Shown: positions 1-45,997 of the stretch, piece by piece | Numbering within the stretch: the stretch's first letter is position 1 | Layout of the letters: each line of letters opens with the position of its first letter | Assembly (NCBI RefSeq): GCF_009914755.1 | Contig: NC_060927.1 | DNA length: 64,000 bases | Direction: 5' to 3' (one strand) | Source: the human T2T-CHM13v2.0 reference genome, Homo sapiens | The notes under the pieces: generated by a model | Told to the model about the DNA's origin: nothing | The model's input: the letters and a program-made list of their open reading frames with translations, nothing else | Database searches by the model: none | Translations under genes and position numbers: made by a program

Positions 1-1250
<1,250 letters not shown>

Positions 1251-1410
1251 AAATCATATGAATGTCCAGTCTCTTTACGAATAAGACAAATGCGAACTCA
1301 AGCCACAAAAAGAAACTACTACTCACCTGCCAGGTTTATAAATATTAAGAAGCCAATTATCAAATTGGTATCTTCCAATTGGTATCTTTCCAAATTTCAT
1401 AATTTCTTAC

Positions 1411-12621
<11,211 letters not shown>

Positions 12622-12964
12622 GGAATCCAACTTCTTCTATAAGAAATAATCAGCCATGTTCTTACATTTAAATAGACTCTGTCACCAAGTCTTCAGCTGG
12701 ACACCTGCTACCAAACTCCTGGCTCACTTAGGAGGATATTTTAACGTGTTGTAGTTTAACTAGCTATAAGTTTTTTTTTTTTTTTAAGCCCTGGACTTCC
12801 TTGTTTTAGTCTTTCACTTACCAGAATGCTATACTTCCAATTTTGATGGGACAAATTCAACAAAAGCATATTCATTTGTATATCAGCAATCTTGAATGAC
12901 TCAACTTCTGGCTCCAAATTTGGCCTAGAGTTTCCCAACCTATATGTAGCAGTACATTAGTGTG

Positions 12965-13996
12965 CTGAAGGTATTAAGCCTTCAGCCCATGAGGCAGTCA
13001 GGCAGGCCTGGGGTACAGAGGCCCCAAGGTATCCACCTCTGGAGTCAGCACCTCATCTGCTTCTCTATGTGCCTTACAATTATGATCATTTGCTAGGTGG
13101 GCCATCATGTGGAAAAGAGCAAGAAGCAGAGCCCAGGACAAATGAGTAGTGCAAAAAGGTAAGGGGACAGAGGACAATTAACCTTCTAGCACTTTAGATG
13201 TACTCTAAAATTAAAACCCTGAAAATGAATGTTCTCCATTCATTAAAACAGGATCCACAAGACATATCCCTGGAAAACACTTAATGAGACTTGCTATACC
13301 TAGACAGAGGTACAAACTATCCTTTGAAACTCTTCTGTTAATTCAAACTAATCACCTTTTAGTGATATGACATACTCTAACTATAACACGTACTCTATTT
13401 AACTATAACAATTTTAACTATAACTCTATTTACAACACAAGAAATGCAACCACTGAATGATCTGCTACAGATAGTATATACCCAAGAAAGTCCTGCAATG
13501 CTTATATTGCAATACAATCTAACAATACTATCAAATAGTATATTGTGATTTGAAAGGCCTTTTTCTTTCTTTCTTTCTTTCTTTTTTAGGTGGAGTCTCG
13601 CTCTGTCACCAGGCTGGAGTACAGTGGCACGATCTCTGCTCACTGCAACCTCCCTCCACCTCCCAGTTTCAAGCGATTCTCCTGCCTCAGCCTCCAGAGT
13701 ATCTGGGACTAAGGCGTGTGCCATCACACCCAGCTAATTTTTGTATTTTTAGTAGAGACGGGGTTTCACCATGTTGGCTAGGATGGTCCCAATCTCTTGA
13801 CCTCGTGATCCGCCCGTCAAAGGCCTTTTTCTAAAGCTAAAAGAAAAAAAAAGATCCCAGTTTCACTCATCAACACTGAAGGTATTGATCCTTCAGCCCC
13901 TGAGGTAGTCAGGCAGGCCTGGGGTTCAGAGGCCCCAAGGTATTCACTTCTTGAGTCAGCACCTCATCTGCTTTTCCATGTGCCTTACAATTATGA
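12965..13996. repeat. Dispersed direct duplication of 121 bp (12965-13085 and 13876-13996)
   Basis: ctgaaggtatt...gccttacaattatga present twice, co-linear, roughly 88% identical by eye. Confidence 0.9.
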
Positions 13997-14044
13997 GGAA
14001 CCTCATAGAACTAGAGTACCTCATAATTGTAAGGCACATGGAAA
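13973..14044. repeat. Perfect 26-bp inverted repeat with a 20-nt loop
   Basis: tttccatgtgccttacaattatgagg (13973-13998) / cctcataattgtaaggcacatggaaa (14019-14044). Confidence 0.92.
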
Positions 14045-14604
14045 CACTGAATTTCAGGACACTACGACACCAGCAGCTGAATGATTAGAACAGGAGAACA
14101 CTGGTTGCCAGCAGTATGGAAAGAAAGGTTGGGGATCTCCAGGAAACAGAAAGAAGGAGCAAAAGAATCACATTTGAAAATCCTGGTGAGCAATTAAGGA
14201 AAAAGAGAAGTCTCAGATCTCTTTTTCCAAACTAAAGTCCACATGGTGTTTAAAACAAAATCTACCACGATGATGTTCCTTACTCTAGGCTTCGGTTTGT
14301 TATACAGTATTATTAGTTTGAAGTTGGCTAAAAGTAGTTAAAATCGTCAAAAGGCTTAGCCAAAACTTAGCCAAGTTTTGCTGATTTTTGTTCATTTTAT
14401 AAAAAGCTGATCAACAGGACTCAATTCATTAAGATAAATTAAGGACCAATCCCTTTTAAACAATCTATGACAAAGACACAAGTGAATTTGATGAACATAA
14501 GGAGGGAATCTTTGTGGAAAGGATAACAAAAATTTAAGAAAGGTGGAAGGAAAAAGTCAAGGAAGGACAGAAAAGGGAAAGGGTGTAGATAATCAGTAAT
14601 TTAC

Positions 14605-14652
14605 CAGCTTTACCAGAGCACAACCAGCGCCTCGAAAAGCCAGTCTCCTCAT
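14605..14652 (-). CDS. PBRM1: PBRM1 alternative upstream coding exon (N-terminal extension MRRLAFRGAGCALVKL)
   Basis: ATG at 14652, 16 codons to donor CTG|gtaaat; splicing to 12636 gives in-frame ...VKL-KKLDS-MGSK. I recall this peptide from long Pbrm1 isoforms. Confidence 0.75.
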
Positions 14653-15695
14653 TATGTCTGAAAGCCAAGTGAAGCCAGTGGGAGAAGGAAGGGCTTTAGA
14701 AGTGCTGATTCAGTGTTAGTATATTCAAAACTGAAAAAGAAGAACAAGGCAGAGAAGGGGGAAATAGAAAAGAAGGGTCAGAAGGAGTAAAAATGAGTAC
14801 GAATAGATAGAAAACATTCAAATAGAACTGCTAAAGAAAGATAAAGAGAACTGGAGAAAACAGGCATATCAGTTCTCTTGTACCTATCAAACAAACTGCT
14901 GCAAAGGCTCAGGCACTAACAGTACCTGACAGTTCTTCCATTTTAAAACCAAATGCTTTCATATGTTTAAAGATGTCTCATTGAGGTTCCCCTTTACTCA
15001 CATTAGGAATGACTGTCAATTCCAGGAATGAGGCATGCCTGCCCAACTGCCCCCTAGTCAATAAGAGCAGAGTTCAATCACAGAGCTGGAATGGAGAGTG
15101 AATACATGTGGGAGGCTCACATGTGACACCAAGTGTTGGCAAGCTGGAACAAACCAAGAATGGCTCATGTGAGCAAAAGGTCTGGAAAACACCCTCCCCC
15201 ACAAAAAAAAAATTCAGAGAAAGAACATTTATTTCCAAAAGTCCTATCTGCATTGGAGACACCATATAAAAATTTGACAAGGTTAAAAAAAAAAAAAAAA
15301 GGGCCAACCATTTTGGCAGGAGTTCAAAATTACTTTTATAAATAATCCACTGAAAATCAAATGACAAAAAAATACATTATCAGCATGTGTATGTCGTTCG
15401 GATGACACAATATCCCAATATCCTTGAATCATTAATTTACTTTGGTAAGATAAGAAAAAGTTTCAACTTAAGGATAATTTTCAAGTATTTTCTTATCCAT
15501 GGGACACATTTTAAAATGTATTTTGAAAGTCTGACAAGAAGGGCAATGTTATAAGGTGGGAGAAACAACAGGACCTTTGCTCCTAAGACCAGAATAGGAG
15601 TCCTAAGTCTTCCACCTCTGATTATCAGCTTGATGTTGTCTGATTAGTTGATGTAACCTCTCAGATCTGTTTCATCTCTAAAATAAGAACGTAAT

Positions 15696-17108
<1,413 letters not shown>

Positions 17109-18659
17109 CCTGTAAGCATCCCTTCAGCAATTTTGTCTTTCCATGAAGAGGAAAGACAGATTCCAGAGTTCAATGCCAAGTTTTAAAATGGCCTTGATTA
17201 CAGTTACAAGTTCAAAAGTCTAACAATCAATAATTTATAGTGGACAGTTAAGAATACTTAATAATGTGCAACTGGGAGAATATCGACTTACTATAGACAA
17301 ACAGTGTATTTCGACCGTTTATGAACTTTAGCCCTCTCCTGTATTTCTAGTAATATTTAGCAATACAATACATGTTTAAAACAAAATCTTGGAAAACAGG
17401 ACTCAAAGGAAAAAAAACACCTATAAACCTACTTCCAAGAAAAAAACCACTCTTAACGTTGTCATTCGGTTTTTGGTATTTATGCCTTAGTTACCTATTA
17501 TTTTTTACCAAAATGTTAACAAACCACATATATTATTCTACAGCCTGTGTTTTAGTGAAGGTTCTTCCAAGTCAACATTCTTCCTCATGATGTTTGATGA
17601 CTTGATAGTAATCTATCATATAGATACACCACAATTTACTTATCTTGGGAATTTTGGTAGGATATTAACATTTGAGGTATTTTGTACATTCCCAAAGCCA
17701 AAGAAAGCGGTCAAGGCCCTTCCATTCATCCACACATAAACTCTTTATTGTTTTAATTTGAAACACCTCTTCAAAACATATTTTCCAATCTTCCATTTTG
17801 GAGCTCAAAATCAAATATGGGCGACCTGTAAGTAATAAAGCAAAAATTATGCTACTCTTTTATGTGCATGAGTCCAATTTGCACTTTTTGGGGAAAAGCA
17901 CATAGCCAAATGGAGAAAAAAATAATACCTAAAATTATTTGTCAAGAATCCTGTGTTGGAAAGTAAGTTAATTAAAACAATTCACCCCAACATACGCTTC
18001 TATAATTATTGTAAGAATTTCTATATCCACTATACCGTGTACTTATTTTTCAGGGCTTTTTCTATATTTTTGCAACTCTTTCTTCCCCTTTAAATTAAAA
18101 CTTATTATAATAACAAAACTGTGCTTCCCCAAACCAAGAAATATACACAGTTCCCAAAATCCCGGATTCTTTGTGGTGTTGAGAAGCTGAAATATCTGGC
18201 CTCTACTATAAATACAAGTCCCATTGATTAAAATACCCGGAAAAAATACGGAAAGAAAATCACTAAGAGTTTGTGTCGAACCGTCAAGAAACCACAACAA
18301 AAAAAAGAGGCCCTGAGCAACGGAGGAAATGAAGGACTTTCCCGACCTGTCACTGGTATTGGGGACTGAGGGAAACGTTGACAGCTTTGAAGCTGCCCCG
18401 CGACGAGCGGGAAAGAGGAGCGCGGGGAGTTTCCGACCCGTAGTGCGCCTTTGTCCCTGCCGGCAGGTGCGACAAGGCTACTGGGCCCATCCGGAGGCCA
18501 GCCGCCGCGCCCCGCCCAACCCCGCGCGCCCGGCCCGACCCGCGCGTCCCCACGGCCGGGGCGGGGCTTCCGCCGCGGCTCCCGCCCGCCCGGGCCCACA
18601 CAAAGGCCCGGCAGCTGACCAAGGGGGAGCGGCCCCACCCGCCCTGGGCCCGGCCTTAC

Positions 18660-18900
18660 CCAGCCGCTCCGCCGCCTGCAGCCCCGGCCGCGGTCACCGA
18701 CCGCCGCGCCTCGCCCCGTGGCCGCCACGGCTGCTGCTATTGCTCCTCCGGCCGCGGCCGCTGCCGTCGCTTCGGCACCCGCCGCCCTCACCTCCCTTAC
18801 CCCTCCCGGTGCCGCCGCAAAACCAGTCCCGCGGCCGCCAAGCGATCCCTGCTCCGCGCGACACTGCGTGCCCGCGCACGCAGAGAGGCGGTGACGCACT
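18660..18900 (-). other. PBRM1: PBRM1 non-coding first exon(s) with alternative donors
   Basis: Minus-strand consensus donors ending exons at 18660 (GGG|gtaagg), 18801 (GGG|gtaagg) and about 18792 (GAG|gtgagg) inside the CpG island; TSS approximate. Confidence 0.7.
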
Positions 18901-19003
18901 TTACGGCGGCAGCGTAAGTGCGTGACGCTCGTCAGTGGCTTCAGTTCACACGTGGCGCCAGCGGAGGCAGGTTGATGTGTTTGTGCTTCCTTCTACAGCC
19001 AAT

Positions 19004-27186
<8,183 letters not shown>

Positions 27187-27379
27187 CAGAACAATGGCTT
27201 TTTATGATTTTTTTTTTAACATTTTAAGCAGACTGCTAAACTGTTCTCTGTATAAGTTATGGTATGCATGAGCTGTGTAAATTTTGTGAATATGTATTAT
27301 ATTAAAACCAGGCAACTTGGAATCCCTAAATTCTGTAAAAAGACAATTCATCTCATTGTGAGTGGAAGTAGTTATCTGG

Positions 27380-27385
27380 AATAAA
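27380..27385 (+). terminator. GNL3: GNL3 polyadenylation signal AATAAA
   Basis: About 195 nt after the stop codon, followed by a U-rich downstream stretch; weaker ATTAAA at 27301-27306. Confidence 0.75.
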
Positions 27386-27415
27386 AAAAGAAGATACCTA
27401 TTGAAAAATGTAAGT

Positions 27416-27421
27416 TTTATT
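27416..27421 (-). terminator. GLT8D1: GLT8D1 polyadenylation signal AATAAA (tttatt on plus strand)
   Basis: First canonical hexamer downstream of the GLT8D1 stop at 27756 (about 335 nt). Confidence 0.7.
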
Positions 27422-27755
27422 TACAGATCAGGCCACAGGTTACAAAATTAAAACCAACAGCAGTTTTGAATTATCTGTACCAGCTAGCTGAACTAGCCAT
27501 ATCAGTTCTTCTTTCCAGTCATTCAGCATTGTAGTAAGAAAACACTTGGTAAGGCAGATGGAGACATATTTATAGTCTATAGTCTGTCTGGGAAGCTGAC
27601 TGCCAGACAGGGCAGTTTGTCATCTTTACCTAGCTGACACATCTTTTTCCATGGCTTGCTACCGATAGGCATTGAAGCCTAGCAACTGTTACTTCCCACG
27701 CATGCTATCTTCCAGGACTTCCTGAGAAATGCTTGCTTACAGTTCAAATTCTGTT

Positions 27756-33371
<5,616 letters not shown>

Positions 33372-33771
33372 CTTTTTCTTCTGTCATATAAATATTAGTT
33401 TTTAACCCTACAAAACAAAAACAAGCCCCCAAAGTCAGTAAGCACATGAGAAGGGACATCAAAATGCCCTAACACTTTTTTTTTTTTTTTAATTCAGGAA
33501 GAAACAAGAGGCATATACAGTATTCCGCCAGAAACTCATTTTGAATTCACAGTTCCCAAGAACCCAATTTGGGATCTGAAATTTTTGTGGTACTCATTAA
33601 TAAAAAACTTAAAAATAAGTTGGAGAAACAGCCTTAGCCTTGTACATTATACATCACAAGATGAAAAGCAAAAGAAACATTTAAGAATTAAGTTTCAGCC
33701 AGGCAGGGTCTGGCCTATAATCCCAGCACTTTGGGAGGCCGAGTGGGGTGGATCATGAGGTCAGGAGTTCA

Positions 33772-33987
<216 letters not shown>

Positions 33988-34169
33988 TTACATAACATAA
34001 TTAAGTTTCTACTTAAAATTCCTAAAGTAGACATGGATTCACGTTGTCTATGACCAAGTAACCTGAGGTCTTAGCCTCATCAGTAAAAACATGCCTGTTC
34101 AGAGTTGTATCCCATTCACCTTTAACATGAGTGTCCTCAGAGAAAAGAATATTATCCAAATTCACTTGA

Positions 34170-34558
<389 letters not shown>

Positions 34559-35119
34559 TGAGCCACCACGCCCGGCCAAAAAAACATTTAAGGTGCTATT
34601 CTCAAAAACCATCTCTGTTAGCTAGCTATTCATCTCTTAAGAAGGTGGTGTCTAATTGTCACAATGTCCTGGTTGGTCCTCCTCAGCTCATCTGACCTTC
34701 ACTTTTTCAAAACAATTCAGTGGAAACAAGATAGTAGGTGGAACTAAATTTATTTAAAAAATAAATTCCTTCAACAAGCTCTGGATAAAATGTTTCCTTA
34801 AAGACATTTTACCAACCAAGATATCGTGAACCTACCTTTTAACCCTTTCTTACTTCATCTTCACCCATAGTAGTACCCAACCCTTACATAAGGCTATTAA
34901 TTTTACAAAGCACTTTCAAACATAGCGTATTGCAATGCAAGTTAGTTCATTTGTTTTTTTAGACAGGGTCTCACCATGTTGCCCAGGCTGGCCTCTAACT
35001 CCTAGGCTCAAGCAAGCCTCCTGCCTCAGCCTCCCAAGTAGCAGGGACTACAGACAAAGTAAGTTTGAATTAACTTCATCCTGGGAAAATTGTGTGCCTA
35101 CCAGGCACTTAATTTCTCA

Positions 35120-35533
<414 letters not shown>

Positions 35534-35671
35534 TCAGGTGGCTGGGGTGGGAGGCTGCCTGAGCCCAGGAGTTCCAGACCAGCCTGAGCAACATAGTATG
35601 ACCATCCCCCAACCCCATATCTAAAAAAAATTTTTTTTAAAAATGGGATCACAGGCCAGATTACAAATTAG

Positions 35672-36016
<345 letters not shown>

Positions 36017-36072
36017 TGAAGTACAACGTGTCAGTGAACTTCTTCTCATATACATCAGGGCGCCGTGGCTCA

Positions 36073-36384
<312 letters not shown>

Positions 36385-36705
36385 TCATATGCCTCTATCA
36401 CATTATGGGCTGACCTTATCTACAGAAGCTGGCAGAGGGGAGCTGTTCGGACAAAGCCCCAACATCTGCCTGCGATGAGGCAACTTCCACCACCACTGAG
36501 AAAACGATCTTGCACTCAAATAAATCCCACTTAATTAATGGTACAAGAGATAATGTTTTTAGTTTCTTGACTTCCAGTTAGCAGTTACGGGATCAAGAGG
36601 CACACTTGGCTGGAAACAAGAAAAACACAATTCTATCAAGTATCTGACATACTTAAGTAGACTGGCAAGGCAGAAACCAGTTGCTCCTAAAACTTCCACA
36701 GTTAC

Positions 36706-36787
36706 CTACATGCAAAACGCCAGTTATCATGGAGTACGTCTAATCCATATTGTCTTTCCTGGGGCTATTCCTGGTAAGAGAGCTTTC
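36706..36787 (-). other. GLT8D1: Candidate GLT8D1 5'UTR cassette exon
   Basis: Minus-strand cag|GAAAG...GTAG|gtaact in unique sequence between the promoter and the first coding exon; based on splice signals only. Confidence 0.35.
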
Positions 36788-36899
36788 CTGATCTGGTTAG
36801 AAGGAATTCTCAAAACGAAATTGCACACAGACGCTGGATCTGTAATAGTTAACTACATTTTCGTAAGAGTATATAATTGTGTACAATTTGATTAGCAAC

Positions 36900-37070
36900 A
36901 CAGTTGGTCCTCAGTATCAGTCGGGGATTGGCTCCAGGACTCCCCATGTATACAAAAATTCACGGATGCTCAAGTCCCTTATGTAAAATGGCATATTACA
37001 GTCAGCCCTCTGTATCTGTAATTTCAGTCCGTGGTTGGTTGAATCCAAGGATACAAAACTGTGGATACAA
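36900..37070. mobile_element. MER2/Tigger-type DNA transposon relic
   Basis: cagttggtcctcagtatc...ggatgctcaagtcccttatgtaaaatggc...gttggttgaatcc. Confidence 0.65.
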
Positions 37071-37174
37071 AAAAAAAAGACCGCACTGGCCGGGCGCGGT
37101 GGCTCATGCCTGTAATCCCAGCACTTTGGAAGGCCGAGGTGGGTGGATCACTTGAGGTCAGGCGTTTGAGACTA

Positions 37175-37513
<339 letters not shown>

Positions 37514-38357
37514 CTACACGTCCTGAGTCCTTCTGAGGTCAGAAAAGTGTCAAACGTGTCTGCATTTTACTGTTTGGTCTCTGCCACGTGCAAGGATGAA
37601 AGGGCACTGAGGATATACAAACACTTTCTCCTACCCTTTCATCTGGCTGGCTCCCACTTGGCATTCAAAGGTCAAGGTAGCCTCCTCCAAACTCCACGTT
37701 GAGCTGCACCTCCCCTGAGCTCCCACATCTGGGCCTCCCTCTCCCAGGGCTAATCCAGCTGTCATGTATTTCTGGCGTGATGTGGCTGTCTCCCTTGACA
37801 CGCTCTGGGCTCTTCCAAGGCAACAGCCTGGTCTTGGTAACAACCGTGTCCTCGGTCTGCTGTCTGGCACAAACAAGGTGCCGTGAATATTTGCTGGTTG
37901 CATGAATGAGGACAGCAGTCCCACCCTGTCCCGGGAGTGCCTAGAATTCCACTGTTTGTGGCCAACCCAGAATACATAACCTGGGGGCCGGAGAGCCAGC
38001 TGGGACCCAGAGGCCCGGGTTCCTCAGAACGGTTTCTCTCCAAAACGTGGGCATCCCACCTGGCTGACGGTAACGGAGGAGGGTCTAAGATTTAGAGATA
38101 CACCAGCCTTGAAAGAGAGGCTGAGTGAACCTTTGGCTGGCCTCTATCGGGAGGGCCCAGCCTGGGTCTGTGAGGGTCAGTAAAGCCGGCCACAATGTGA
38201 GAGGGCTGAGTTCGGGAGCCCCCAGATGAGGGACTTTCTACGCGGATGAGAGGGACAGCCGAGCACCAGGGTCCCCTCTCCAAGGGAATTCTCTCTGTTG
38301 TGGATGCCGCCTAGGGTAGCCCCCCTAAATTCCAAGGGTCAGTAGGGCCCCCCTTAC

Positions 38358-38800
38358 ACTTTGAAGTGATCGGAAAGTGATGTGACGCTCCGGGGATCCC
38401 ACCAGGCTCAGAGATACCCCTGGTTAGGGCTCCGACAAGTCGTTCCCCTCAAAGGCTCGCCGCGGCCGCCCTTACTGCAGGCGATGGAGGAGATGCGGAT
38501 GCAGCCCGCGCCCCGACCCGCCCTGCCAGCTCAGCGCCCGCGCCGCAGGCCCCGGAGCCCAGCCCGTTGTCTGGCCGCCCGCGTTCCCTGCACGCTGGGC
38601 CGAGCACACTTGCCCTCTAGCTCCGTGGCAGCCGCGCAGCCCCACTACGCCCAGCCAGCCCGCAGCGGTAACCGCTAGAGCGTCGCGCCAAGCAGGCGCC
38701 GCGGGGCAGCCCTGCCGCCGGGGTCCTCGCAGGGAAAAAGGCCGTCGCCATGGAGACGCGGGGGCGCCGGCGGCCGTTGGGCCGCGCAAGTACTGTCAAG
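38358..38800 (-). other. GLT8D1: GLT8D1 non-coding first exon(s), donors at 38476 and 38358
   Basis: Minus-strand GCA|gtaagg (38476) and AGT/GT|gtaagg (38358) at the CpG island edge; TSS approximate. Confidence 0.6.
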
Positions 38801-38956
38801 GACAGTTTTCGGGACGGGGGACGCGGCTCCAGGCACCCAACAGCACTGACGGCGAACACTTCACGGGCGCGCGATGCCTCGACAAGGCGGCCGCCACCAC
38901 CACCTCAGCTGCCCTCGCGGGCAGCACGGCGCGGCAAAAGCGCACGTCGCCTAGCG

Positions 38957-40723
<1,767 letters not shown>

Positions 40724-40978
40724 GGTTTTCATGATTCAGCACCTGCTTTTGTTTCTGTGAGATGAGCTAAATTGCTTTCATACCCCAGATAAGAGCTAAA
40801 ACCACCTAATGCTCTTATGGCACAGCTGTGTATAGATTTAGTTCTCTTTATACTTCATTTCTAGCCCAGTTGGGTTTTGATTTATATAAGTAGTTTAGAC
40901 CTTCTCTTCATAATCTTGCTCTGAGATGGGGAACAGAACACACAAGTATGAAGTTTCTTTCAGGTGTAAATAATGAAA

Positions 40979-41135
40979 AATAAATGCCTCATAAATGATA
41001 GTACAATGTAACTATCAAAGTTTTATAATTCATTATGAGTTAACCATTTTAATGTTTCCAATTAAACCTCATAGTGCAAGTTCTTTGTCTAAAGGGTCTT
41101 CTGTTGATTATTCTGCAAGGAAGATAATTAATAAA
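40979..41135 (+). terminator. SPCS1: SPCS1 polyadenylation signals (AATAAA 40979-40984, ATTAAA 41061-41066, AATAAA 41130-41135)
   Basis: Hexamers 255-410 nt after the stop codon. Confidence 0.55.
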
Positions 41136-41359
41136 AGCCTAAGTTAGAAGTTCGTGCTTCTGGCCAGGTGCAGTGGCTCTCACCTATAATCCCAGCACTT
41201 GAGGAGGCTAAGGCAGGAGGATGACTTGAGCCCAGGAGTTTGAGACATTTCATGGTATGTAATTAATAGTTGTCATTAGAACATTAGTTCCATGAGAACG
41301 GGGACTTTGTTTTGCTCACTGCTGTCTACCCAGTACATAGAAGAGTACACGATGCATTG

Positions 41360-44686
<3,327 letters not shown>

Positions 44687-44779
44687 TCAAAAATTCATGT
44701 TTTCTTCAAAAAATTTCAACTGGCGAGCTTTCACACTGTAAGTTGTATACTTTTCACCCATGTGCTCCCGCAAACGTAC
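44687..44779 (-). CDS. NEK4: NIMA-related kinase 4, last coding exon
   Basis: ttctcaaatag|GTACGT...; encodes VRLREHMGEKYTTYSVKARQLKFFEENMNF*, the NEK4 C-terminus. No further NEK4 exon was recognised up to 64000. Confidence 0.9.
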   Translation of the reverse strand, partial: VRLREHMGEKYTTYSVKARQLKFFEENMNF

Positions 44780-45182
44780 CTATTTGAGAAACAAAAAGAA
44801 AATCAATCAGTATGTAGTAGGAAAAAATATTTCTGTAATCTTAGAGGAAGGGCTTTTCTAAGCATGGTATCCAAGGTGGAAACCATACAGGAAAATACTA
44901 ATAGTTCAGTTTACATAAAACTTTTAAACTTCAAGATGTTTCGAAAAGTCGTAAGAAATTAAAGAGCAAACAAACAATAAACTAGGGAAAACATTTGCAA
45001 CATTCATGCCAAAGGATTAATAGCATTCGTATATAAAGAGTTCTTTGAATCAATAAAACCCAACAATATTAGAATAGGTAAAACAAAATCAATTTCATAG
45101 ATAATTCAGCAAATTCATTTATATATGTATGTAAATGTAAATCCCATATATTTACAAAATAATCATATAAATAACCATTTAG

Positions 45183-45997
45183 TGAAATGGGAAAAGTTCC
45201 CTTGTCCCCCTCGCAGGGCGTGCAATGGGGGTGTGGCTCGCTTCTTCAGTGCCCCACTGCTCAAACCTCTAGGGGACCATACAGACAGGCAGGCTGTGGG
45301 GCTCTGACCCCATGGTAGTGTCTAGTGGTGAATGTTTACAGCTGAAGCCCCAGTGGGTGTGTGTTACAGGGTGCTCTTTTAGTTTAGCCATCTGTAGGCA
45401 GCTTGTGTTAGCTCAATTAGACCCTTGCCCTATCTCAAGGACAGAGGGCTTTTGTATCCCAGGGTTCTTGCCTTGGTGTACCGGAAGAATCAGATCACAC
45501 GTGGGCTTGGAGAATGAATGCAAGGTTTTATTGAGTGAAAGTAGCTCTCAGCAGATGCGGGAACCAGAAGGAAGATGGTTTTCCCCTGGAGTCTGGCTGC
45601 TCGGTGGACCGGGTTCTCCCCCAGCTACCCTGGCCAAACTCCACCTCGTTCTGCTGGTCGATGGCCTGCTGGCATGCTGGCATCTGTCAGTGTGCTTTTC
45701 CGCTGGCATGCTCCCCTCGATGTCCTCTCAATGTCCAGCTGCTTGTGTCTTCTTCTGCTAATGTGTTCCTCTCAACATCCAACCTCTTATCTGTGTTCCT
45801 GCGAGGGTCTCCGGGGTTTTTATAGGCACAGGATGGGGGAGTGGCAGGCCAGGGTGGTCTTGGGAAATGCAACATTTGGGCACGAACCAGCAGTGCCTGT
45901 TCTCGCCTAGGTCCATGGGCACAGATCTGAGGGTGGAGCCCTAGCCAGAGGCCACGCCCTCCCTTACCCAGTACTTCCCTGTCCCCCTTCCATATCA
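45183..45997 (-). mobile_element. ERV1 solo LTR (LTR1-like), 815 bp, TSD TTAG
   Basis: TG...CA termini, 4-bp TSD (45179-45182 / 45998-46001), minus-strand TATA near 45817-45824 and AATAAA at 45527-45532. Confidence 0.8.

Noticed and set aside
12965-13085. Possible H/ACA snoRNA (hairpins and a terminal ACA)
   Set aside because: It is on the strand opposite the PBRM1 host transcript and has no convincing ANANNA hinge.
18228-18925. 223-aa and 198-aa ORFs across the PBRM1/GNL3 CpG island
   Set aside because: Low-complexity Ala/Gly/Pro/Arg frames expected from stop-poor GC-rich DNA; no recognisable domain.
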